A DNA stretch of 64,000 nt from Gemmatimonadaceae bacterium (lineage in GTDB: Bacteria > Gemmatimonadota > Gemmatimonadetes > Gemmatimonadales > Gemmatimonadaceae). Shown piece after piece: positions 9,161 to 21,533 of the stretch. The DNA is taken from the NCBI GenBank assembly GCA_051859245.1, contig JBHYGA010000007.1, forward strand, positions 32,001 to 96,000, given 5' to 3'. Each line of letters starts with the position of its first letter. Position 1 is the stretch's first letter. The notes below the pieces were generated by a model, which did no database searches, was not told the DNA's origin, and saw only the letters and a list, made by a program, of their open reading frames with translations. The position numbers were made by a program, and so were the translations under genes.

Positions 9161-10060
9161 CTAGTCGCGCTCAATGACTGACACTTCCACGCGTACGGCA
9201 CGATCAGTTGGCACAATCTCGCGCCCGCGCGCACTCGCCAGCACCTGTGTGAACTCAGCCCCGAAGAGCAGAATGATCGAAGAGTAGTACACCCACAGCA
9301 GAATGAGCACCAGCGCACCGGCGGAGCCGTAACTGGACGACGTGGCCTCGCGCCCAAGGTACCAGCTGAGCACGAACTCACCCAGCGCGAAGAGCAGCGA
9401 TGTGGCCAGCGCACCCAGCCACACATCTCGCCAGGCGATCTCGGCGTCTGGCAACACGCGCAGTATGGTGGCAAACAGCAGCGTCACCACTACAAACGAC
9501 GCGACACTGCCGAACAGACTCCACACCGCAGGATGCAATGGTGCGACGTCGGCCAGCCACCGATTGGCGGCGTGAAGCGCTGTGCTCAACACCAGCGACA
9601 CGAGCAGCAAGAATCCGGCGCCAAGCACCATGGAAAATGACAGCGAGCGATTCCTGATCAGCCCGCGAATACCTGCTCCCTCGCGCGCCCTCAAGCCCCA
9701 CACCGTGTTCAGGGCATCCTGCAACTGCAGAAACACACCGCTGCCGCCAAACAACAACATGGCCACACCTACACTTGCGGCGAGCACGTTGTCCGCTGGT
9801 CGACGTGAGTTCTTGATCAACTCCTGCACCGTTTCGGCCGCCCGTTCTCCCATACTTGCGGTCAACTCATCCGCGAGTACTCCCGAAGCGGCGTCTGCGC
9901 CGAACACGAGCCCTGCGACAGACACCGCGATGAGCAACAACGGTGCCAGCGAAAAAATTGCATAGTACGAAAGAGCCGCGCTGAGCCGCAGCAAGTTGTC
10001 TTCAAGCGATTCAGTGACGGTGCGACGCAGCACCTTCCAGAGAAACTGAAGTGCGCGCAT
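9161..10060 (-). CDS. YihY/virulence factor BrkB family membrane protein
   Basis: AALSYYAIFSLAPLL, LQDALNTVW, YGSAGALVLILLWVYYSSIILLFGAEF. Confidence 0.93.
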   Translation of the reverse strand: MRALQFLWKVLRRTVTESLEDNLLRLSAALSYYAIFSLAPLLLIAVSVAGLVFGADAASGVLADELTASMGERAAETVQELIKNSRRPADNVLAASVGVAMLLFGGSGVFLQLQDALNTVWGLRAREGAGIRGLIRNRSLSFSMVLGAGFLLLVSLVLSTALHAANRWLADVAPLHPAVWSLFGSVASFVVVTLLFATILRVLPDAEIAWRDVWLGALATSLLFALGEFVLSWYLGREATSSSYGSAGALVLILLWVYYSSIILLFGAEFTQVLASARGREIVPTDRAVRVEVSVIERD

Positions 10061-10104
10061 GACTACCTGCCAACCAGGCGACGTTCATCTCGGTGCAGCA
10101 CCAG

Positions 10105-10551
10105 TCAGACATCCGGCATCGAAAGCGCCGCTCGAACCGTACGCAGCAGATGAAGCGGTTCAACGGGCTTCGCGAGATACCCGTCGCAGCCTGCCGCCAA
10201 CGCTTGTTCTCGATCGCTGGGAAGCGCATGTGCAGTGTAGGCGAGCACTACGATATCACGTGTGTCGACGTCAGCCTTCAGCAGCCGAGTCGCCTCCCAA
10301 CCGTCAATGTCAGGCATGCCGACATCCATGAGAATGAGCGACGGATGCTCCGCGCGTGCTATCTGCACCGCGTCGCTACCCGTAGACGCGGCGATCACCC
10401 GAAACCCGAAATGACGGAGCAGCGTGACTGCAATGATCCGATTGTCTTCGTTATCCTCGGCGACAAGAATCAGCGGAGCGTCCTGGTGGAGCGAGGAGTC
10501 GTTCACGGCGGGAGACGGTGGGAAATGACGAAGCGCCTGTTCCACTATCAC
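10105..10551 (-). CDS. Single-domain response regulator (DivK/CheY-like)
   Basis: VAEDNEDN, LILMDVGMP, YTAHA, GCDGYLAKP. Confidence 0.92.
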   Translation of the reverse strand: MIVEQALRHFPPSPAVNDSSLHQDAPLILVAEDNEDNRIIAVTLLRHFGFRVIAASTGSDAVQIARAEHPSLILMDVGMPDIDGWEATRLLKADVDTRDIVVLAYTAHALPSDREQALAAGCDGYLAKPVEPLHLLRTVRAALSMPDV

Positions 10552-11303
10552 CCCGCCAAGGCGCGGAGGTTCGCTGTGCGGCCAACTTCAAACTGCACAA
10601 TGCGATGCGAGTCGGCAAAATGTGCACGCACTTCCGCACCCATGGAGCGCGCGAGTGCACGCGCGCGCGGCAGCGCCAGCGCGCTGCCGGGTAAGCTCAG
10701 CGGGCGCCCGTCGGTATCGCGCGCGTAGGGTACAAACAGGAGATCGGCAGAATGCTCGGCGGTCGCGGGCCCTCGACTCTCCATCACGACGCGCAGCCAT
10801 TCCTTGGTGTGATGCAGGCGCACTTGCAGCACACTCGATGGTTCGCTGTGTGCCAACGCATCCTGGAGCAGAATTGCGAGCACTTCATGGGTTGTCCGCT
10901 CACTCACGAGTGCCACATCAGCGAATGAACGCTTGGCGGGCCCGTCATTCGCGTCACTGAGGCCGTCCGCATCAGACCAGTGAATCTGTACATCACGCTC
11001 GCGCGCTGCTTCTTCCAGATTGGCCACTTGCTGCGCAATGATCGGACGCAGTGCACATTCTTCCACGGAGTGCGTCAGCGCTCCAGATGCCGCTTCTGCG
11101 TAGGTGAGCAAATGACCGATCAGAGCAATCATCTGTTGTTTGTTCGCTTCGATCCGATTGAGGGCGTGAGCTTGTGCCTCCGTCAACGGACCATGCGCGC
11201 CGAGCGACAGGAGCGACGAATGCCCCGCGATTGCACTCAGCGGAGTGCGCAGCTCGTGGGCGAATCCCTCCAGTAGCTGCAGCGTGTCTCGATCCATGAG
11301 CAT
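10548..11303 (-). CDS. Sensor-less HisKA protein with degenerate HATPase domain (pseudo-kinase or phosphotransferase candidate)
   Basis: Intact H-box FAHELRTPL; N, G1 and G2 boxes degenerate; stop overlaps the start of the downstream receiver. Confidence 0.75.
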   Translation of the reverse strand: MLMDRDTLQLLEGFAHELRTPLSAIAGHSSLLSLGAHGPLTEAQAHALNRIEANKQQMIALIGHLLTYAEAASGALTHSVEECALRPIIAQQVANLEEAARERDVQIHWSDADGLSDANDGPAKRSFADVALVSERTTHEVLAILLQDALAHSEPSSVLQVRLHHTKEWLRVVMESRGPATAEHSADLLFVPYARDTDGRPLSLPGSALALPRARALARSMGAEVRAHFADSHRIVQFEVGRTANLRALAG

Positions 11304-11310
11304 CAACGTC

Positions 11311-13251
11311 CTAGTTCGCAGCGCCGACAAGCGCAGACTGCGCAGACAATTGGTCGGTCGGCGCGTGATCGTCACGCGGCAGCGTCACGCTGAAAGTAGA
11401 GCCAACTCCGAGTGTGCTTTCCACGTCAACACTGCCACCCATTGCCGTTGCCAACTGCCGCACGATGGCCAGGCCGAGTCCCGCGCCACCCGCGCGCCGG
11501 GTGAGCGTATTGTCGCCCTGCACAAACGCCTCAAAAATGGACTTCTGTTCCTCCGTCGCGATGCCAACACCCGTGTCACGCACAAACAGCGTGACGGCGC
11601 TGTTCGACATCTCGGCGTACATGTCTACGCGTCCGCCGGCTGGCGTGTACTGAAGTGCATTCGATACAAGGTTGATCAGAATCTGCTGCATACGTACGGG
11701 ATCGGCGTGGATCGTGGCATCTGTCGCTCTCGTTACAAGCTGTACGCCTTTGCGCGCAAACTGCTCGCCAACCGTTTCGCGTACCGCGTCGAACTGGCTC
11801 TTCACGGAGATGGATTCGCGCGACAGTCGAAGTGGAGCAGCCTCAAGGCGAGCGTAGCTGAGAATGTCGGACACCAGGTGCAGCAGTTGGTCGCGGCTGC
11901 GTCCGATCCGCTCGAGTGCGACCCGCTGGTCATCTGTGGTTGGGCCGTACACACCGAGCGCCATCAGGTCACCATAGCCACCAATCGCATTGAGCGGTGT
12001 TCGCAGCTCATGACTCATTACGGCGAGAAATCGCGCCTTCGCTTCATTGGCCTGAATGAGCGCCTGATTTTGTGCCGCCAGCGTTGCGTGCACGCCGCTT
12101 ATTCGAATGGACATGGTATTGAAGGCATCCGCGAGCGCCGCTGTTTCTTCGGCACCGGCGGGCGTTACGATTTGCTTGTATTCGCCGCTGGCCATCGCCT
12201 CAGCGGCGTTACGCAACGCCGTCAATGGACGCGTTTCGAGATGGCTCAACCACCACGCGCCGAGTGTCCCGAGCAGTAGCACCGTGACTGCGATCACGAT
12301 CAGGCGGCGAAGCAGCGCACGCGGCCGTTCGAGAATGGAATCTTCGCCTTCCGTTAACACAATGCGCCATGGCGCACCGCTCACGGGCGCAGACGCGACA
12401 TAGCGCGCACTGTCGTTGCCAACAACCAGACGTACGGTGCCGGTGTCTGGAAGCGTGCTCAGCGCGTGTGGTCCAAGCGGTGACGGAATGCGCTGTCCGC
12501 GCACGGACGACCACTCTTCGGAGCCGCGACTGGCGTAGGCCACGCTCGCGTTCTGCCCGGTGATTCGCGTGACGGCGCCCTCGATCGAGTCAGTGCCGAG
12601 CACCACGCGTTGTGCTGCAATCACCCCCAGCGGTTCGCCGTCGTCGAGCGCCACTGGCACGGCAACGAATAGCCGGACCTGCGACTCCGATTCATAAAGC
12701 ACGGAGTGGACCACCGAGTCGGTGCGAAGCGCTTTCCCGACAACGATGGACAGCTCGAGCGAATCGCGGGTCGCCAGTGGCGAGCCGTGCAGTCGCTCGC
12801 CGCCCGCCGAGAGTACGTGCCAACCGAGCACAGCGGTATCAGCGCGAGTGCGTCGTCGCGCAAACAACGAATCGAGCGATGCCCGATGCGTGTCGAGTGT
12901 CGTCGCCTGTACGGCCATCGAACCGACCGCGTCGAGCGATCGCGCCAGCGGCTTGTCCTGAGGTATGCGCGCCGCACTCAGCGCGCGCACGATCGTGCTA
13001 TCACGCGCCAGCAGGCGCATCGCATTCCTTCGCACAACCACACCGCGAGAAACGCTGGCCGCCAGCTCGCGTGCAACGCTGGCCAACCGTTCCGACGAGC
13101 GTTCGACCGCGGATTCTCGCACCCCGACGTAGGCGGAAGTGCCAAACGCGCCAACAACCAGCGTCAGCAAAATGAAGAACAGAGCGGCGAGTCGTCGCGC
13201 GAGCGACCAACGCGAGCGTCGTGGGCCGACCGAAAGAGATGAGTGGAGCAT
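11311..13251 (-). CDS. Membrane sensor histidine kinase (periplasmic domain, HAMP, HisKA, HATPase)
   Basis: Two TM helices; RPLTALRNAAEAMASG HAMP; MSHELRTPL, NLVSNA, DTGVGI, GAGLGL. Confidence 0.93.
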   Translation of the reverse strand: MLHSSLSVGPRRSRWSLARRLAALFFILLTLVVGAFGTSAYVGVRESAVERSSERLASVARELAASVSRGVVVRRNAMRLLARDSTIVRALSAARIPQDKPLARSLDAVGSMAVQATTLDTHRASLDSLFARRRTRADTAVLGWHVLSAGGERLHGSPLATRDSLELSIVVGKALRTDSVVHSVLYESESQVRLFVAVPVALDDGEPLGVIAAQRVVLGTDSIEGAVTRITGQNASVAYASRGSEEWSSVRGQRIPSPLGPHALSTLPDTGTVRLVVGNDSARYVASAPVSGAPWRIVLTEGEDSILERPRALLRRLIVIAVTVLLLGTLGAWWLSHLETRPLTALRNAAEAMASGEYKQIVTPAGAEETAALADAFNTMSIRISGVHATLAAQNQALIQANEAKARFLAVMSHELRTPLNAIGGYGDLMALGVYGPTTDDQRVALERIGRSRDQLLHLVSDILSYARLEAAPLRLSRESISVKSQFDAVRETVGEQFARKGVQLVTRATDATIHADPVRMQQILINLVSNALQYTPAGGRVDMYAEMSNSAVTLFVRDTGVGIATEEQKSIFEAFVQGDNTLTRRAGGAGLGLAIVRQLATAMGGSVDVESTLGVGSTFSVTLPRDDHAPTDQLSAQSALVGAAN

Positions 13252-13318
13252 CGCGCAATGAATCCGGTCGACAGGTGATTCGACGCAGCGAAAGGACCCT
13301 GCGAGAAGGCGTGTATAC

Positions 13319-13334
13319 CGCCTATGAGTAGGGT
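13319..13334. promoter_or_regulatory. Putative 7-2-7 dyad CGCCTAT-GA-GTAGGGT
   Basis: CCTA-N4-TAGG core shared with 867-882; upstream of the HAMP kinase. Confidence 0.3.
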
Positions 13335-13366
13335 TTCTGACGCCCGGGCGCTATCTCTCTTAGGGA

Positions 13367-15910
13367 CTATGCTGCCCCTGGCAGCAGCACGGTGAAGGTG
13401 CTCCCAACGCCCCGCGTGCTCTCAACCGTGAGGTCTCCGCCCATGCCGCGCGCGAGCTCACGACTGATCGCCAAACCAAGCCCGGTGCCCTCCTGGGTTC
13501 TGGTCAACCGTGCATCCACTTGCACAAAGGCCTGAAAAATGCGTTCCAGCTGATCAGGAGAAATGCCGCGACCCGTATCCGTGACACGAATCGCGATCTG
13601 CGGGTCGTGACCGTCGCGTGTGGCCGTCGCACATGAGAGTGAGACGCTGCCACCCGGATCCGTAAACTTCAGCGCATTCGAGAGCAGGTTGAGTACGACC
13701 TGCCGCACCTTCTCCGGATCGGCGCGGGCGCGCAGTTCCGTATCGCAGTCGGTGAAGATCAGTGCGATCTGTTTCGCGGTTGCTTGAGGAGAAACCAGTG
13801 CTTCGCAGGTCGCGAGCAGTTCGTCGAGCGGAACATCGATCACCTCGTACGACACGGCGCCGGCGTCGAGCATTGCAAAGTTCAGCACGCGGTTGATGAG
13901 CGCCAGGAGGTGATTCTGACTGACCTGAATGCGCTGCAGATCGGACAGCTGCGCCTCAGTCACCGGGCCACGCAGCCCCATGGCGATCAGCTGCGCATAT
14001 CCGCCGATGGCGTTGAGCGGCGTGCGTAGCTCGTGACTCATCACGGCCAGAAAATCACTCTTCCCACGATTCGCCGTCTCCGCTTCGACGCGCGCCACGT
14101 CGGCATCGGCGCGCGCCCGTTCACTCTCGCGCAGCAAACGCTCGATTTCGTGCCTCGCCTCGACCTGCTCGGTAACGTCTGTGCCGTGCGCAATAATCCC
14201 CGATCGCGCGCCGTCAGCCTCAACGAGCGGCAAGTATACAAAGTCGACGAAGCGAGCCTCAGGCTCGGCACCGGGCGTACGGGCAAGGCGAATCGGTACC
14301 TCGCGTCCGATGTACGGTACGCCAGTCGCGAGCACGCCATCGATCAGGTCGAGGAAACCCTGGTCGCGCACTTCCGGAAGTGCCACGAAGAGCGGCTTGC
14401 CAATCAGGTCGCGCTTTCCGACCAGTTCGTAATACGCGTCGTTGGCCAGTTCGAACACGTGCGTTGGTCCACGAAGGATTGCGAGAAATGCCGGGGCGTG
14501 CTGGAAGACGTAGGCGAGACGCGCGCGCTCGACATTAAGCGCGTGCAGCAGTCGTTCACGTTCTGCTGTGGCGCGATGCACGGAGCTCATGTCGGTGAGC
14601 ACCGTCACAACGCCGGTGACGACTCCATTGGATGTAATGATTGGTGCGGCGGCGGCGCGGATGGGCAGCAGCTCGCCGCTACTGCCGCGCGCGTGCAGCA
14701 GATATTGACCATGCGAACGCGCGCCGCGAAATGCCGCACCGATGGGGGTCGTTTCGAGCGGTAGCGGTGCGCCCGTGCGTTCATCGCGAAGCAAATGTTC
14801 GTACGGAAGCAAATCCCTCAGCAGTCCTGCTGCATCGACTGTTTCCGCACGTACACCAAACAGGTGACGCGCCGCGCCGTTGGCCAGAAACACACCGTCT
14901 CGATGTCCCACGAGCAACGCGTCAGGAATGCTCTGGAAGATTGCGGTGAGCGTGGCGGCGCGTGATTCCGCATCGACACGGGCAGCTTCGGCCGCCGCCT
15001 CCAGTCGCATACGCTCCGAGACGTCGCGCCAGAATACAGCAACGCCTCCTCCAGCGGCTGGATAGGCATCAATCTCGAGGTACACGTCGCCACCATCGCG
15101 CACGTGATGGTGCACGAAGTGCAGGTCCGTACGATCAGCCGCCACACGCCGGAGTGTGTGCTCGATCTGAAAACCAGAAGCGTCTGGAAACGCTTCCGCA
15201 CAGGGTCGCTGTACAACGTCGGCCCGCACACAGTTCAGGAGACGCTCACCGCTTGGATTGATCGTGCTGATGCGAAAATCAGCGTCAAGCAGCATGTAGG
15301 CATCGCGGGTCTGGTCGAGGACGAGGGCCGCTTCGAGCAGCGCGCCGTTGAGCTGCGCCGCGAGCGCATCGCGTTCCGCCTGAATGGCACGCCCGAGAAC
15401 GATCGCCGTGGTATCGGTGAGCGTAACCAACACACCGCCGACACCGCCCGCTCCGTCGGGAAGCGGACTGTAGGAGAGTGTGATATATCGGTGCTCAACC
15501 GGACCCGCTGGCCCATCGGGTTGCAGCGGAAAGTGCGCGTCTTCGAGCGTGACCGTTTCTCCCGCCAGCACGCGATCGTAGATGGGTGCGTTGATGTGCC
15601 ACACTTCCGGCCAACATGCACGCGTGGGCTGTCCGAGCGCGTGCTCATGTTTGGCGCCAAGAAACGTCAGATAGCCATCATTAAAAATCTGCACCAGCTC
15701 GGATCCCCACAGCACAATCATTGAGAACCCACCACCGAGCACGGTCAGCGCTGCAGTGGTCAGGCTGACGGGCCACGAGGCCACGTCTCCAAGCGGTGTT
15801 TGTGCCCAATCCATGGCGCGACAGCGTGCGCGCATTTCCCCCGGTCCAGCGAAGAGACGGGCCGCACCTGATTGTTCGGCCGTCGCCGAGACCATTTCCC
15901 GTTCTCGCAT
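13367..15910 (-). CDS. Cytoplasmic multi-PAS histidine kinase
   Basis: N-terminal DWAQTPLG..SWP PAS-like domain and further PAS repeats; MSHELRTPL, NLLSNALKFT, DTGRGI, GTGLGL. Confidence 0.93.
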   Translation of the reverse strand: MREREMVSATAEQSGAARLFAGPGEMRARCRAMDWAQTPLGDVASWPVSLTTAALTVLGGGFSMIVLWGSELVQIFNDGYLTFLGAKHEHALGQPTRACWPEVWHINAPIYDRVLAGETVTLEDAHFPLQPDGPAGPVEHRYITLSYSPLPDGAGGVGGVLVTLTDTTAIVLGRAIQAERDALAAQLNGALLEAALVLDQTRDAYMLLDADFRISTINPSGERLLNCVRADVVQRPCAEAFPDASGFQIEHTLRRVAADRTDLHFVHHHVRDGGDVYLEIDAYPAAGGGVAVFWRDVSERMRLEAAAEAARVDAESRAATLTAIFQSIPDALLVGHRDGVFLANGAARHLFGVRAETVDAAGLLRDLLPYEHLLRDERTGAPLPLETTPIGAAFRGARSHGQYLLHARGSSGELLPIRAAAAPIITSNGVVTGVVTVLTDMSSVHRATAERERLLHALNVERARLAYVFQHAPAFLAILRGPTHVFELANDAYYELVGKRDLIGKPLFVALPEVRDQGFLDLIDGVLATGVPYIGREVPIRLARTPGAEPEARFVDFVYLPLVEADGARSGIIAHGTDVTEQVEARHEIERLLRESERARADADVARVEAETANRGKSDFLAVMSHELRTPLNAIGGYAQLIAMGLRGPVTEAQLSDLQRIQVSQNHLLALINRVLNFAMLDAGAVSYEVIDVPLDELLATCEALVSPQATAKQIALIFTDCDTELRARADPEKVRQVVLNLLSNALKFTDPGGSVSLSCATATRDGHDPQIAIRVTDTGRGISPDQLERIFQAFVQVDARLTRTQEGTGLGLAISRELARGMGGDLTVESTRGVGSTFTVLLPGAA

Positions 15911-15920
15911 GCCGAGCGGT

Positions 15921-16316
15921 TCAGTCCTCGACCGTCAACAAGGCGTGCTCCACAGCGCGAACCAGTCGCTGCGGACTCACCGGTTTGGTCAGATAGCCAT
16001 CGCTACCAACTTTCAGCGCTATTTCGCGGTCGCCGGAAAATGTGTGGCCGGTGACGATCAGAATGATAATGTTCGCCGTCGCCGGGTCCTCCTTGAGCTG
16101 CTGCGTCGCGGAGAGTCCATCTCCACCCGGCATACCGATGTCCATCAGAATCAACGACGGTCGATGCTCGCGGGCGACCCGCAGCACTTCATCGCCGCGC
16201 GTGACTTCCATCACGCGGAATCCCGCGTGTCGCAGAACGTCCGAAGCGATGGCGCGATTGTCATCATGATCTTCAGCAATGAGTATCAGTGCTGCCGTGG
16301 AGTTGTCGGGAGTCAT
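15921..16316 (-). CDS. Single-domain response regulator
   Basis: IAEDHDDN, LILMDIGMP, VTGH, YLTKP; start 16316 or 16352. Confidence 0.9.
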   Translation of the reverse strand: MTPDNSTAALILIAEDHDDNRAIASDVLRHAGFRVMEVTRGDEVLRVAREHRPSLILMDIGMPGGDGLSATQQLKEDPATANIIILIVTGHTFSGDREIALKVGSDGYLTKPVSPQRLVRAVEHALLTVED

Positions 16317-16538
16317 CGCGTTCGTCCAGGTGACGGCTCTTCGAGTGGTCATGCCGTACGATACCAATCGGCGCAATCGTGACCATCGCTCCGAAGAGTG
16401 ATATCGACTTCCCACCTTGAAGCAGACTACAAACATTCGACGCTCCTAGCCGAAAGGAGCAGACATAAATCGATCTGTCGGTTAGTCGCGCGGAACACTG
16501 GCAAATCCGAACTTGCAGGTGCCCCGGATTAACGAAAA

Positions 16539-16563
16539 GGAACACTTCGGGTCTTCCCGCGTC
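16539..16563 (+). promoter_or_regulatory. Possible ECF-sigma promoter GGAAC-N16-CGTC
   Basis: Resembles the EcfG/sigmaE-type GGAAC-N16/17-CGTT pattern; ~25 nt upstream of the first stress-cluster gene; single instance. Confidence 0.3.
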
Positions 16564-16588
16564 GTCATCCCGTATTGTGAACGCACGC

Positions 16589-17032
16589 ATGCATCCCATC
16601 GGCGAGCAGTACTGCACACAGCAGAGATTCTCCCACGCGGTGTGCATCAGTCGACCCGCGATCAAGGTGTTCTCCGCGTGGACGGATCTAGCGCGCCGAC
16701 CATCGAGACTGCTTCAAACACTCGATGCGTTCGGTCGCGAACAGCAGGTCAACGTGATCAAAGCGCCGTGCATCGGTGAACCCAGCGCACTGCTGGTAGA
16801 CCAGATTCCGGGCGTGTTTATCGCGTGGCGATCACTCCCGCACGCACGCGTTCGGGAGAATGGCGAAGTGTGGTTTCACCAGACGTCGGACGCTGACATG
16901 ACTGAGGTGCGCATCACGCTATTGTGGGAAGTCGCTCAAGGCGCTGCCGCGGAATCGACGCTCGACTTCGAGCACGTGCGCGCAAAGATCGCGCAGCATC
17001 TGGATGCGTTCCGTCGTCTCGTGGAACAGTAA
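16589..17032 (+). CDS. Divergent SRPBCC (cyclase/dehydrase-like) protein
   Basis: AVCISRPAIKVFSAWTDL, IAWRSLP...NGEVWF...TEVRITL, LDAFRRLVE. Confidence 0.7.
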   Translation: MHPIGEQYCTQQRFSHAVCISRPAIKVFSAWTDLARRPSRLLQTLDAFGREQQVNVIKAPCIGEPSALLVDQIPGVFIAWRSLPHARVRENGEVWFHQTSDADMTEVRITLLWEVAQGAAAESTLDFEHVRAKIAQHLDAFRRLVEQ

Positions 17033-17203
17033 GAGTTTTAGAGAGCGCCGCATGATAGCCGCCCAATATGCGGTGCTGCAAATCGTCCTTCTGACGAATG
17101 GCGAAGCACTCTCGGTTGTCGTATTCCTTATTTGACAAGAATACCAACGACGTCACACCGACTGTGATTGTTGTTTTCCGCCATCATCCAAGAGGAGTAC
17201 ATC

Positions 17204-17542
17204 GTGGAATCACAAACATTTGATCGTGACCCGTTGAGCATTTCAGGCACTGCTGATGCAATCAATACGGGTGCACACAATCTCAAGGACAAGGCGTCGC
17301 ACGCGCTCGATGGCGCAGCCGGGCAGCTTGAGCGCGCTGGACACAGTGTGAGTGATCGTGTTGCCACCTATGCCGACAAGGCGGCGGGTGCGCTGGGTTC
17401 AACCGCGCAGTACGTTCGCGAGATCGACTCGCGCGATGTCATGCAGGATATCACGGCGATGGCAAAGCGTCATCCGGGCGTAACGCTGGCGGCCGCCGCA
17501 GTGGTCGGGTTTCTCGCTGGCAGAGCAGCCACACGGTCATGA
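17204..17542 (+). CDS. ElaB/YqjD (DUF883)-like tail-anchored protein
   Basis: GAGGAG RBS then GTG; Ala-rich helical body; C-terminal KRHPGVTLAAAAVVGFLAG. Confidence 0.8.
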   Translation: MESQTFDRDPLSISGTADAINTGAHNLKDKASHALDGAAGQLERAGHSVSDRVATYADKAAGALGSTAQYVREIDSRDVMQDITAMAKRHPGVTLAAAAVVGFLAGRAATRS

Positions 17543-17889
17543 TTGAACGCTGGCTTGATTCCACGCTGACCGCCACGCCTTCGCGGTCGGTGGCCGAGGT
17601 GCTGCAAAGTACCGCAGCACTCACCGAGAATGTCGTACGCGGCGAGATCAGGCTGGCCGTTGTACGCGTGCAGGAGCAGTTGCTAGCGCAGACGCGCCGT
17701 GTGGTCATGACGTTAGTTGCCGCCGTGCTCGGCCTCGTCGCCTTCGTGATTCTGCTCGTTGGTGGGATTCTCCGGTTGTCCTACCATTTTGACATGTGGC
17801 TCGTGACGCTGGGCGCCGGTGTTATTGTGGCAGCGCTGGCGCTGATCGTGTTCTTGCTCTCAGCTCGTACGAAAGGAGCAGAATCATGA
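17539..17889 (+). CDS. YqjE/phage-holin-family (DUF1469-like) membrane protein
   Basis: VRGEIRLA motif followed by two TM helices; ATGA coupling with both neighbours. Confidence 0.75.
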   Translation: MIERWLDSTLTATPSRSVAEVLQSTAALTENVVRGEIRLAVVRVQEQLLAQTRRVVMTLVAAVLGLVAFVILLVGGILRLSYHFDMWLVTLGAGVIVAALALIVFLLSARTKGAES

Positions 17890-18317
17890 GTGATGCTACC
17901 GCCAGGCGCACCAGTGAATTCGCCGACAATCTGCCGGACTCTGCAGATGAGCTTGAAGTTGTTGTCCTTGCCGAGCGACAAAAGCTGAAGCGATCACTTG
18001 ATGAACTCAGCACCACTGTACGCGATCGACTGGATGTTCGCACCCGGCTCCGGGAACATCCGCTGGTGGCTGTGGGAGCGGCAGCTGCTGTGGGCGTTGC
18101 GCTCGGTGTGCTGAGTAATCGCAGCAGCAAACATTCGCTCGCGTCGGGCGCGATTGAACGCGACCCGAGACCAATGCGAGTCGCCGCCGGTTCACAGTCC
18201 GGTCAGTTGCTTGGCAGTATGGCATTGACCGTATCCACGTTGGTTGGTCAACGACTCGCAGATCTGGTAACCGATAGTGTACGAAAATCGCTGGGTCCGC
18301 GTTCAAGTCGCACGTGA
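17886..18317 (+). CDS. DUF3618/YqjK-like protein
   Basis: ERQKLKRSLDEL...REHPLVAVGAAAAVGVALG; AAGGAG RBS; typical third gene of the triad. Confidence 0.7.
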   Translation: MSDATARRTSEFADNLPDSADELEVVVLAERQKLKRSLDELSTTVRDRLDVRTRLREHPLVAVGAAAAVGVALGVLSNRSSKHSLASGAIERDPRPMRVAAGSQSGQLLGSMALTVSTLVGQRLADLVTDSVRKSLGPRSSRT

Positions 18318-18349
18318 CCGAGTTTTCTTTCAACTCCAGGACATACACC

Positions 18350-18955
18350 ATGCAGGACACCAAGGACGCACGCGAAGCGATCGCGAGCTACATCACCGAT
18401 ATGCTCGCACTTGAAAAGCACATTGTGCAGGCATTCGAAGGGCAGATCGCGGATCTTGATGAGCATCCCGACGTGGTTCAGCAGCTGCAGCCGATCCACG
18501 CGCAGTGCGAGGCGCATGTTGTCACGCTTGAACAGATGGCGGAGCAGCGCGAAGGGGGCGGGCAGGGAATTGCTGGCACCGTGAAGAAGGCGGCATCAGC
18601 CCTTCTTGGCGTTGGAGCCGCTGGCATTGATTTCATTCGTGCCGAAAAACTTCCGAAGAATCTGCGTGACGACTATACCGCGCTTTCACTGGCATGCATC
18701 GGCTACGTCATGCTGCACACGACGGCTGCTTCACTCGACGATGAATCCGTCGCGGTGATGGCCAAACGGCATCTAGAAGAACATGCACGCAACGTGATGA
18801 CGTTGCACAACATGATTCCCGCCGCCGTAATGACTTTCCTCAAAGACGAAGGCTTCCCCGTGCGAACCGAACGTCTGGAAGAAATCGGGCGCGTCACTCA
18901 ACGAGTATGGGACTCTGAAGCGGGCGTTGTGCAGCCCTCGCAGATGCCCGTCTGA
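18350..18955 (+). CDS. Ferritin-like stress protein (YciE/YciF, DUF892-like)
   Basis: YITDMLALEKHI, EAHV, LRDDYTAL...YVMLHTTA, HLEEH four-helix metal-ligand pattern. Confidence 0.8.
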   Translation: MQDTKDAREAIASYITDMLALEKHIVQAFEGQIADLDEHPDVVQQLQPIHAQCEAHVVTLEQMAEQREGGGQGIAGTVKKAASALLGVGAAGIDFIRAEKLPKNLRDDYTALSLACIGYVMLHTTAASLDDESVAVMAKRHLEEHARNVMTLHNMIPAAVMTFLKDEGFPVRTERLEEIGRVTQRVWDSEAGVVQPSQMPV

Positions 18956-18967
18956 ACAGGAGATCAA

Positions 18968-19168
18968 ATGGCTGAGCTTCACGTGCAGAAGAAAGAGACG
19001 AACATCTGGCCCTGGATCATTGGCTTGATCGTTGTTGCCGCCGTGGTGTGGTATGCGTTCGGTCGGTCCGCGACAACCGACAGCATGACGTCCCGTACAG
19101 CTGACTCGACATATCAGACGCCGGGAGCGGCTGGTACGGCGACCAATCCAAATCCGGGCACGCCGTAG
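18968..19168 (+). CDS. Small single-TM hypothetical protein
   Basis: AGGAG RBS; MAELHVQKKETNIWPWIIGLIVVAAVVWY. Confidence 0.8.
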   Translation: MAELHVQKKETNIWPWIIGLIVVAAVVWYAFGRSATTDSMTSRTADSTYQTPGAAGTATNPNPGTP

Positions 19169-19201
19169 CTGGTCGCCAAAGGCTGGCTACTGGATATCGG
19201 G

Positions 19202-19240
19202 AACGCGCGCAGCAAGTGGCTGCGCGCGTTGTCGTGTTTC
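19202..19240 (+). terminator. Putative intrinsic terminator or strong hairpin before katE
   Basis: Perfect 12-bp stem AACGCGCGCAGC-aagtg-GCTGCGCGCGTT followed by an imperfect T-rich tail. Confidence 0.6.
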
Positions 19241-19278
19241 GTGTCGTGAAGTTCATGTTATACACCTAGGGTGAGATC

Positions 19279-21522
<2,244 letters not shown>

Positions 21523-21533
21523 GCCCGCCGAGC

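Noticed and set aside
11991..14053. Similar ~40-bp segments near 11991 and 14014
   Set aside because: Paralogous H-box (FLAVMSHELRTPLN) coding sequence of two kinases, not a mobile-element repeat
17539..17889. Holin-family label suggesting a prophage
   Set aside because: No phage genes nearby; context matches the ElaB/YqjE/YqjK-type stress triad
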